A DNA stretch of 64,000 bases, from contig OZ024749.1 in the NCBI GenBank assembly GCA_964016885.1, forward strand, positions 1,550,001 to 1,614,000. The letters run 5' to 3'. This document shows positions 54,841 to 64,000 of this stretch, piece after piece. Made by a program: the position numbers and the translations under genes. Every line of letters starts with the position of its first letter. The first letter of the stretch is position 1. Source of the DNA: Eledone cirrhosa (taxonomy: Eukaryota). The notes under the pieces are model-generated. The model was not told the DNA's origin, did no database searches, and saw only the letters and a list, made by a program, of their open reading frames with translations.

Positions 54841-55797
54841 GGGTGCGGATGGTATTTGTTTGCAAGAAAATAGTCTTGGAAAAAATAACAGTTTTATTTT
54901 TTAAGATACATTTATCAAACCTGGGTCAGTTTGTCTTCATGACTTGTTCTTTCGATCTCACTCGTTAAATCCGCCATTGGCTTTGATGACGGCCTGAAGG
55001 CGGCCTCGGAACAGGCTACAGGCCTTCGTCACTGTCCCCCGACTTAGGCCCCTAAAGGCACTTGTGATCCTGGCCTTCAGATCGTCTTTCGTATTGCAGC
55101 TAGATCTGTTGGTGTCTCGTTCCACTGTGACACACACAAAGAAGTCGAGGGGGTTGCAGTCAGGCGAGCTGGGAGGCCAGATGTCAGGTGAAGTGTGGTC
55201 GACGAAGTTCTTTGACAGCCAGGCTTGGGTCTTTCGGCTGGTATAGCAGGGCGCTGAGTCTTGCTGCCACACGTACAGCCTACCTGCAGCTACCCGGTCG
55301 ATCCAGGGCTTTACTACCTCGCTCAGAACGCGGATGTAGCCATCGGTGTTCAGCTTGAGGCCCTCAGGGAAGAAGTGAGGTGGCATGACATCACCTTGAC
55401 TGCTGACGACACCTAAGACCAATGTTGTCGCTGGAAACTTTGTCTGCATGACTCTGGGCACGTCTTTGGATGAGACAGCGAGCCACCTGTTATTCTGGGA
55501 GTTGATCTTCTGGTCTTGCCAGAAGTTTTTCTCGTTGGAGAAAAACCACAGCATGTCTGGCTCCAGTGGGTGTTTCAACTTGTCGATCAGCTTCTTTGCG
55601 TGCTTCAGTCGCTTTTCTAGCATCACCTTTGACAGAAATTGTCCTTTCCTCATCTTGTATGAAACGTAGCGAATGTCTTCATGTACCACCAGCCTAATGA
55701 GCTTTTCATCCACACCTTTCTCCCTTGCAATGGCACGCATCGACTTGCTAGGTTCATTGTTGATGATATGCTGAACTAAAGCGACGAACTTTGGCAA
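54839..55797 (-). mobile_element. DD37D (maT-type) Tc1/mariner transposase, 5'-truncated
   Basis: 279-aa ORF; 37 residues between QQD and NPLD; first catalytic D appears as N (FFSNEK); TIR cagggtg. Confidence 0.9.
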
Positions 55798-56146
55798 GAC
55801 CAGAAGATCAACTCCCAGAACAACAGGTGGCTCGCTGTCTCATCCAAAGACGTGCCCAGAGAGAGTTTTGTAGCTTGCTTGAAGCATTGTTGAATAGGAA
55901 ACACAAATTTAAATTTGTTTGGAAGCAGATTTAAGTTAAATTAAGTTAAATTAACTTAAATCTGCTCCCAAACAAACAAGTCTATCTGATCAATTTTTAA
56001 GTCTCTCATATTGTTACTCCCTTGATAATGGGATTATTAAAAATGCTAAGGTAAGATTCTTTTGTAGTCTTTGCAATTTAACATTCTGCATACGCATTGT
56101 TTTGATTTTCAAAATTTAAATATGTGTTTTTTTATGTATATATATA

Positions 56147-56572
56147 CAGGGTGTGGACGATATTTGTTCGCAAGAAAAAATAAAACAGTAGTTTTATTTT
56201 TTTAAGATATATTTATCAAACTTGGGTCAGTTTGTTTTCATGACTTGTTCTTTCGATCTCACTCGTTAAATCCGCCATTGGCTTTGATGACGGCCTGAAG
56301 GCGGCCTCGGAACAGGCTACAGGCCTTCGTCACTGTCCCCCGATTTAGGCCCCTAAAGGCACTTGTGATCCTGGCCTTCAGATCGTCTTTTGTATTGCAG
56401 CTAGATCTGTTGGTGTCTCGTTCCACTGCGCCCCACACAAAGAAGTCGATGGGGGTTGCAGTCAGGCGAGCTGGGAGGCCAGATGTCCGGTGAAGTGTGG
56501 TCAACAAAGTTCTCTGACAGCCAGGCTTGGGTCTTTCGGCTGGTATAGCAGGGCACTGAGTCTTGCTGCCAC
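56147..56572 (-). mobile_element. Second 3' fragment of the same DD37D element
   Basis: Near-identical to 54839-55272. Confidence 0.9.
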
Positions 56573-57003
56573 ACACACACATATACTGTATATATTCTTG
56601 TCTCTATATATTTATACACACATACTGTATATATTCCTGTCTCTATATATTTATACACACATACTGTATATATTCCTGTCTCTATATATTTATACACACA
56701 TACTGTATATATTCCTGTAAAAGTTGTTCTATGGAACAAAACCACTCATTTGTGTCTGACCCACCAAAACCCGGCTCTGGTTCTATGGAACAAAACCACT
56801 CATTCGTGTCTGACCCACCAAAACCCAGCTCTGGTTCTATGGAACAAAACCACTCATTTGTGTCTGACCCACCAAAACCCAGCTTTGGTTCTATGGAACA
56901 AAACCACTCATTCGTGTCTGACCCACCAAAACCCTGCTCTGGTTCTATGGAACAAAACCACTCATTCATGTCTGACCCACCCAAACCCAGCTCTGGTTCT
57001 ATG
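56572..57003. repeat. 36-bp x4 tandem repeat followed by 54-bp x5 tandem repeat
   Basis: 54-bp unit ggttctatggaacaaaaccactcattcgtgtctgacccaccaaaacccagctct. Confidence 0.92.
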
Positions 57004-57064
57004 TTTTATTTTCTATTTTTTTTTGTGACATTATATCTCAGCCTATACACAAGTATATGCAGTA

Positions 57065-57127
<63 letters not shown>

Positions 57128-57261
57128 CATTGTCACGTATCTCAACCTATACAGTAAGTCTACGCACACCATTCTCCATTTCTCTTTAATGCTGTTTTGC
57201 TCTATCTTTGCTGTTTCATGTTTTAATAATAAATTATTTATGTTTTTGTTGATTTTATCAG

Positions 57262-57346
57262 CTGGATAACTTCTCTCGGGAAGACTTGGTGAGATTTATC
57301 AAGAAACAGACGCTGGTCCTCCAGAAGACCAGATCACAGTGTGAAA
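57262..57346 (+). CDS. GCC2: GCC2 coding exon 3 (LDNFSREDLVRFIKKQTLVLQKTRSQCE)
   Basis: ttttatcag| ... |gtatgt; 85 nt; aligns with human LETLPKEDLIKFAKKQMMLIQKAKSRCTE. Confidence 0.88.
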
Positions 57347-57424
57347 GTATGTATCCACATTCAACTTTTTCTTGTTGCAGCATATCGACAATGTTGACTT
57401 TCTTTAAAAATTCTGCTAGTTTAA

Positions 57425-58000
57425 CCATTTTGATACCAAACCACCTGAAACTGCTCCCAGTTCTATGATAGAAAACTCTTTGTTTTAAAGTGTTTATCAT
57501 TGTTTTTTTCATCATCATTATTACGGGATGTTTTGAGACCAAGTTTTACAGTCAAATGCCCTCCTGACACTAGCCTTTTTTCTTCAACTATTACGGGATC
57601 TAGGGATAAGGTGTAGTTATATTTATCTAAAAGCCTTTCATAATTATGTTTCAAACACCAATTTAACAATGAGGAAGTCAGTTACATTATTAAATCTCTT
57701 CAAATTCTTTATTTTTCCAAATTAATTTAAAAAAAAAAAAAAATAGGGAGCGTATTTCATTCGAAATATTGTAACGAAAGGGTTAACCCTTTAGCATTTA
57801 AATCAGCCGTATCCGGTAAGAATTTTCTCACCTCTTTCTGTTCAAACTGGATGTAACTGGCCGCTCATACTAATGTTAAGGTGTTGTTTTCAAAATAAAT
57901 AATATCAAAATCTCATAGATTTGATATTGTGAGATAATTGTGTATGGTACAGCCTTTACCATGAAAATATAATAGTATATATAATGTAAATGGTAAAGGG
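57425..58000. mobile_element. Two adjacent TTAA-flanked piggyBac-type MITEs (57425-57782, 57787-58000)
   Basis: ttaa|ccatttt...gaaaggg|ttaa|ccctttagc...gtaaaggg|ttaa. Confidence 0.78.
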
Positions 58001-58612
58001 TTAAGCAAGATGTCAGAAAATATAAATAAAACATACAGGTTGACAATGGAATCTAGTAGACTCTGGAGGAAGGGCATCAAGCCATAGAAAACCTGCCAAA
58101 TATAGAGTTTGGAGGACTCTTCAAGTGTGTCAAAGACATGACAACCTGTCCATGTTATCATGCACTTGGTCCTCGGGGTAGAGTGCAGAAATGTATGTAA
58201 GCAGGCTGTCTGAGAGGGTAACATGAGGTATAATTGGAAGCAAGATGTGACCTCTAGCCTGTCTAAGAGGTTGGTATCTCTGATTAAGAACTGACCTGCT
58301 CTGTGATGACACTTCCACCTCTTCCTAGCAGGAAAAAGGGATGTTAAATGATGATGATGAGGATAACATACACACATACACATGTGGGAACTTTGTGTTT
58401 ATGTAGGGGTGGTTAAGGGAGTTTAAGGCCAGGTTACAGTGTTTAGGATGTAGCTTATTATAATGTGGACCACATTGGATGTGGCTCATCATATGGTGGG
58501 TTGTATGAGATATGGTTCATAAACCTTTTTTCCCACAAACCCTTCCCCCCCAAATATTTTAGTTAGTCCTTTGGGCTAATAGGGATCCTGTTTGAAGGTA
58601 AGATCACTTTAA

Positions 58613-59660
58613 CCCTTTAGTGTTCAAACTGCCCCAAACCGGCCGCAATTATTTCCCCTTCAGAAGGGCAGTGGATTGGCAGTATCGGTAGAGAGTCGGA
58701 CGCCATGCTTTCCAGCATAGTTACGTCCCTTTACGGTCTGAGTTCAAATCCCGTCGAGGTTAACTTTGCCTTTCATCGTTACGGGGTCGATAAAATAAAG
58801 TACCAGTAATGTACTGGGTAATTTGCTGGCCTTGTGCCTAAAGTAGAAACAATTATTTCCCCTTCATTTGTTCTAACCGCCCGAAACCGGCCGATAATAC
58901 CCACACTAAAATATTGTTCTAAAAATAAACAAACCATCATCAAAATCTCATCAATTTGAGATTACTGTGAGATTAGGCCCTTACTGCGAAAATTAACACA
59001 ATGTAGTGAAACAACTTGAAACAACGTGTTTTTTAATGTTGAAAGCAGAACAGATTTTTTGTTTATCAACATGGCTTATGAAAGTAGCAATACCGACTTT
59101 GAAGGTTTTACACACGACATTCAGAATGAACAAGAAACAAAAGATAATATCAGTGATTTATCTTCAAATGATTCAGATGTTTACATTTCTGAAATTTCAT
59201 CCGATGATGATTGTTGTTTTGAAAGTGAAAACGAAGGAGATCTCCAGGACGCCATTACAGCAACGTGGTTGAAAAATACCACACCAATAAATGTTCCTGA
59301 TTTTATTCAAAATACTGGTCCACAACACACATTAGCTCCCGATGCTAAAGCACTGGATTATTTCTTTTTGTTTTTACCACAAACTTTCTTCGAAGTTGTG
59401 ACAGAAGAGATTAATTGATATGCCCAACAACAGATTTCAAATCAAGGAAAACCCGATCTGTTTGGCAACCAACAGATGTTGCGGAAATGCAAGCATTTTT
59501 TACCGTAAATATTATGTTTGGTATAAAACAATTTCCAAGACTGGAACACTGATATAAGGTTTAGTGATTCTTATATATCAAGTATTATGCCGAAAACAAC
59601 GTATTTAAAATTAAACCAGTATTTGCACCTGGTTGATACTTCAAGTGCCCCTATTAATTA
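58613..59660 (+). mobile_element. piggyBac (PGBD4-like) 5' remnant
   Basis: ttaa|ccctttag terminus; acidic N-terminus; ALDYFFLFL...IN*YAQQ, EMQAFF, MFGI and QYLHLVD motifs. Confidence 0.85.
58663..58853 (+). mobile_element. Family B SINE with 17-bp TSD; other copies near 2770, 3470-3770, 10040, 20090, 24875, 38500, 40298, 45130, 45645, 53750
   Basis: tggcagtatcgg / gagttcaaatc boxes; gcctttcatc..ggggtcgataaaataaagtaccag core (Nin/Deu-like); TSD caattatttccccttca at 58646 and 58850. Confidence 0.88.
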
Positions 59661-60547
59661 ATTTCACCTGCCTATAAAAGTCAAATGTAACCAAAAAAAT
59701 CAGGTAAAATTATATAATTGTAAATTATTGATATTTAAACATCTACTCACAAAATTTGAAGTCTGCACCTAGAAAATTAAGAAAATTACAAACAAATAAA
59801 ATTGATAACCCTCTTGAGTACAATTAACTCAAAATAATGTGAACAGATAAACATGACAACTGGGACTCTATAACATTAAAGCACTCAAGAAACCTCCTAT
59901 GAGATACAACCTTGTATGAAGCCAGCTAAACCTACATAGGTGTAAGCTGTAACAACAACAACAATATGATAGGTCGTGTATCATTAAAACAACCAAGAAA
60001 CCTATGAAATATCTCGTAGGAGGACAGCTAAATCTGCATAGTGTGAGCTGTAAATACTGCTTCTCTTTTCAGTTTAAGCAAAATGTCAGTGTGCATTTTT
60101 TCCTGAAACCAGCACTAGGGCAATCATTGTGCAGGGGGAAGAGAGGTGGTAATGAAGAAGAGACATGAAAGTATGATGGGGTGGCACAGTTGGGGAGAAA
60201 TGATAGTGACATAATCTGCCTTGGAATAACAGAAGATACTTCATTGATTAAAGGATGTTTTAGGAAATAACTTGATGTGATAAAGGTAAAAGAAAAATAT
60301 TCCTTACACATAATCACATAACTACATATCTAACAAACACACATACCCCTGTCTGTCTGTCTCTCTCTCTGTATATATGAGTATATATATATATATATTG
60401 TAGAAGATATGTTGCTTATAGGTAGTTACATCATAACTTCTTGAGGATAAGCCGGTCCGAGCGATCCAAAAGCACTTGACGTCAGTAGTTTATTCCAGGG
60501 GAGAGTTGGTGATTAGGAGTGACAGAGTATTCATTTATCAAATAAGA

Positions 60548-60885
60548 GTAGTTAGGATGAGATTATTTCTTCATAATTGTTTATTGCATGATATATATTT
60601 CTGTTACATAGTTATGCATGTGACTTCATCAGATGCTTACACAATCATAGGTGCAGTTATGCGGAAAATATTTGAAAATACTACTATAACCTAATAAATA
60701 CAGAGATCCATATACCTGCTGCCATCACTATGAGATAGTTATACATGGTCAGCCGCATATCCCAATGATTGCATGATTGCATCTATGATTGCGTAAGAAT
60801 CTGATCAAGACACATTCATAACCATGTAACAGAAATATATATCATGCAATAAACAATTATGGTAAAATAATCCCGTCTTGACTAT
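60548..60885. mobile_element. Fold-back element with a hammerhead motif in each arm (60586-60636 minus; 60797-60847 plus)
   Basis: Minus arm: gcat-CTGATGA-a-gtcacat...atgtaac-a-GAAAT-atat-ATC-atgc. Plus arm has CTGATCA. Confidence 0.78.
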
Positions 60886-60894
60886 TATTTGATA

Positions 60895-62295
60895 TCATCA
60901 TCATCATCATATGTCTGCTTTTCCCTGCTTGCAAGGGTGGGACGAGTTCTATTCAGCACAGCATCTCTCCATTCGTCACGGTCCTTCGTCATCTCCTCCG
61001 TTAGCTTCAGCAATCTGAGGTCAGCTCTCACCACCTCCGCCAATAATTTTTGTGGTCTTCCTTTACTGCGTCTTCCTTCTACTGAGATTTCTTGGCACTT
61101 CTTTACCCAGCAGGCATCCTCCATGCGCATCACATGTCCATACCATCACAGTCTTCTCTCCTGCACACTACAACTTATCCCTCTTATACCCAGTTTCTCT
61201 CTCAACACATCCATACTTGGTTGTTCATGCACATTGACATTATACATCCAGCAGAGCATGCTTGCTTCATTTCTCACCAGCCATTGCATATCCTCCGCAG
61301 TTGCTGCCCATGTCTCACTACTATCCAGCATCGTGCATCTCACCCAGGCATCATATAACCGACCTTTCGTTTGTAGGGAGAAACCCTTCTTTGTCAGCAG
61401 AGGAAGCAGCTCCCTAAATTTATTCCATCCTGTCCTTGTTCTAGATACTATGGCCTCGATGCATCCTCCTCCCTTGTTAATCTGATCACCTAGGTACCGG
61501 AAGCTATCAACCACCTCTATAGATCCTAATAATATTTGAAAAATGAGCCTATCACTAACACTTCTACTATCAAATTCCCCTGTACATCTACTGCATACGT
61601 AGTTTTCCCCACCTGTTAGTTTGCCTGCTATCCCACTACATCTCTTGTGTACCCAAGATCTGCTTTGTGTCAAATTCTATAGTGTTTATGCCAGTTCCTT
61701 TTCTACATATCAAACATGGCCATTTCTCTGATGAAATCAGTCTTATCCTCTTTTCTACTTATCAACACTTTAGTCTTTGCTAAGTTCACTCTCAGCCCTC
61801 TTGATTCCAACTGTTGTTTCCATAGCCAGAATTTATTCTCTAGCTCCTCTACTGATTCTGCTATAAGTACCAGATCGTCAGCATAGAGAAGTTCCTATTG
61901 ACAGCCAGTCTTAAACTCTTCTGTTATGGCTTGGAGGACTATAATGAACAAGAGCATGCTGAGGGCCGAACCCCGGAATTCGTCACTAAACTCCATTCCT
62001 ACCCTCACTTTACTGATAGCACCTTTATACAAAGCTTGCACTGTCCTCACAAGCCCTTCCTCTGCACCTAGTTTCCTTAGGGATGACTAGATGACAGATC
62101 GGGGTACTCTATCAAAAGCTTTCTCTAGGTCAACAAAAGCTTTCTCTAGGTCAACAAAAGCTAAGTATAGTGGCTTATTGTTCTCTAAGAACCTTTCTTG
62201 TAGTTGTCTCACTAAGAAGAGGGCTTCTGTTGTACTTTTCCCAGGCACAAAACCTAAACTGCATTTAATTTGACTCTTTCTCTAATTAGTGTGCT
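60895..62295 (-). mobile_element. RTE LINE of a second subfamily: RT, PHD finger, tail
   Basis: WVHKRCSG..CSRC, FRYLGD and LLYADDLV motifs; (ATC)n tail. Confidence 0.9.
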
Positions 62296-62422
62296 AGCAC
62301 TCTCTCTCTCTCTCTGTATATATATATATATATATATACACTTGTGTATAATGGTAGCTATGGTGCTTCCATAGGCGGTATGACAAAATTAGCACTCAAT
62401 ATTCATACAGAGTAGAGTGTGG

Positions 62423-62626
62423 ATAGTATAAAAAAAGGAAAAATCAGTGATGCATCTGGACTCAGTTTATTGCGTGTTACAATTGTCTCGCCGGCAGGTA
62501 GCTCGAGACATGATACCTGTATGGATTTGGCTGATTCATGTCTCGAGCTACCTGCCGGCGAAACAATTGTAACACGCAATAAACTGAGTCCAGATGCATC
62601 ACTGATTTTTCGTTTTTTTATACTAT
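62423..62626. mobile_element. Fold-back element with ~87-bp arms and partial hammerhead motif
   Basis: gccggc-GAAAC-aatt-GTA-acac at 62560; core truncated (ctgattca at the junction). Confidence 0.7.
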
Positions 62627-62633
62627 AATATAT

Positions 62634-63590
62634 ATCATCATCATCGTTTAACGTCTATCTTCCACGCTAGCATGGGTTAGACAGGAATTATCCCACTTGA
62701 GGCAAGATTGATTGGGTGACCGTGTCTCGTTTGAATAGGACTATCTGGCTAGCCTTCCTTCTGGCTAGATAGCCTTCCTAACACCAACCACATTTACAGT
62801 GTGGACTGGGAGCCTTTTTGTTGTAACACCGACACGACCACTTTAGTGTGGACTGGATGTTCTGTGGTACCAACATAACTTTACAGAGAAATGGTGGTGT
62901 GTGTGGGAGTAGGGGTAGTGGATTGGGGTGTATATTTGGTTAAGAGGTGCCTACAGACTGTAAGTTTAACTTCATACATAAGGGAAGGCGGGTCTTCTGT
63001 ATTACTGCGTGGCGCCAAAGATCTCGGTCCAGTGACATTGTCTTAGAGAGGTGAAAGTGTGTAAGGTCAGAATTTATCAAATCGTCCGAGGTTTTTCTGG
63101 GTCTACCTACTCCGTAACTTCCATCAATTTTGATCTCCTTGCACGTTTTTATACAGCTGTCGTCTTTCATGCACATCATGTGACCATACCACCGTAGTCT
63201 TTTCTCGAGTAAACAGCATCTGATCCCTCTTATTCCTAATTTCTTACTTAGTTCATTTATGTTTTGCCATTCACGTATATTACTATTACACATCCAGCGG
63301 AGCATGCAAGCTTCATCCCTTTCCACTCTGCGCAGGTCCTCTGCACACCATGCCCATGTCTCACTGCCATGTAACATTGCTGTTCGTATACAGGCATCAT
63401 ACAATCTGCCTTTCATTTTTTCATTTTTAGAGAGAAACCTTTTGTGGCCGACAGTGGTATTAGTTCTCTGAACTTTTTCCATCCCGTTCTGATTGGCTAC
63501 TCGTACTTTCAGAACACCCTCCACCACTGCTGATTTTGTCACCCAGGTAACGGAAAGTGACTACTATTTCTATAGAACCATCTGGGCAGT
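62634..63590 (-). mobile_element. RTE 3' fragment
   Basis: ORF 62940-63542; close relative of 7040-8040. Confidence 0.92.
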
Positions 63591-63707
63591 TGAAGCTAGT
63601 ATCCTGTGGGCACCTTGCTACTTAGTGCACCTGAGCATTGGCCTCATATAAAATCTACATTCTTAGATAGCCTGCCTGTGATCCCACTACATCGTTATAT
63701 ATATATA

Positions 63708-64000
63708 TGGAGGCACATGGCTTAGTGGTTAGAGCTTGCAATCGAAAGGTTGTGAGTTCAATTCTCAGACCGGGTGATGTGTTGTTTCCTTGAGCAAGAC
63801 ACTTTATTTCACATTGCTCCAGTTTACTCAGCTGTAGAAATGAGATGATAAGGACTGGGGTCCATATCATTCCACTGCAAAGTGGTCGTGGAGGTGCCAT
63901 GGCAAAAAAAAAGCACCCAGCCCACACTGTAAAGTGGTCGTGGAGGTGCCACGGCATAAAAGCACCCAGCACTCACTGTAAATGAGGTTGGTGTTAGGAA
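63708..64000 (+). mobile_element. Family A SINE running off the window end
   Basis: A/B boxes, two 48-bp units, start of the RTE tail. Confidence 0.88.

Noticed and set aside
60073-60290. Candidate GCC2 exon 4 after ttttcag
   Set aside because: A phase-1 join gives an immediate stop and there is no coiled-coil similarity.
63708-63790. tRNA gene
   Set aside because: A/B boxes run into a SINE core, there is no acceptor stem, and multiple diverged copies exist.

Overview
AT-rich, microsatellite-dense eukaryotic DNA. The repeat landscape (RTE LINEs with (GAT)n tails, tRNA-headed SINEs, long TA/CA tracts) suggests a cephalopod such as octopus; this is an inference. One host gene is recognisable: the first three coding exons of a GCC2/GCC185 golgin on the + strand (25731-25736, 52094-52147, 57262-57346), with a ~26 kb first intron. 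The rest is mostly decayed mobile DNA: RTE LINEs with a PHD-type finger inside the RT region, CR1 and CRE-like (RLE) retroelement fragments, two SINE families, hAT, piggyBac, mariner, DD37D (maT) and Helitron remnants, plus several minisatellites built from TE termini. The most striking pattern is a set of about 12 short non-coding elements from several unrelated sequence families, mostly next to (TA)n. They carry minimal hammerhead-ribozyme motifs of the Penelope-like-element type, and many form fold-back palindromes whose inversion point lies in or just 5' of the ribozyme core. Most ORFs in the supplied track are translations of simple repeats. All calls were made by eye, so TE boundaries are approximate.
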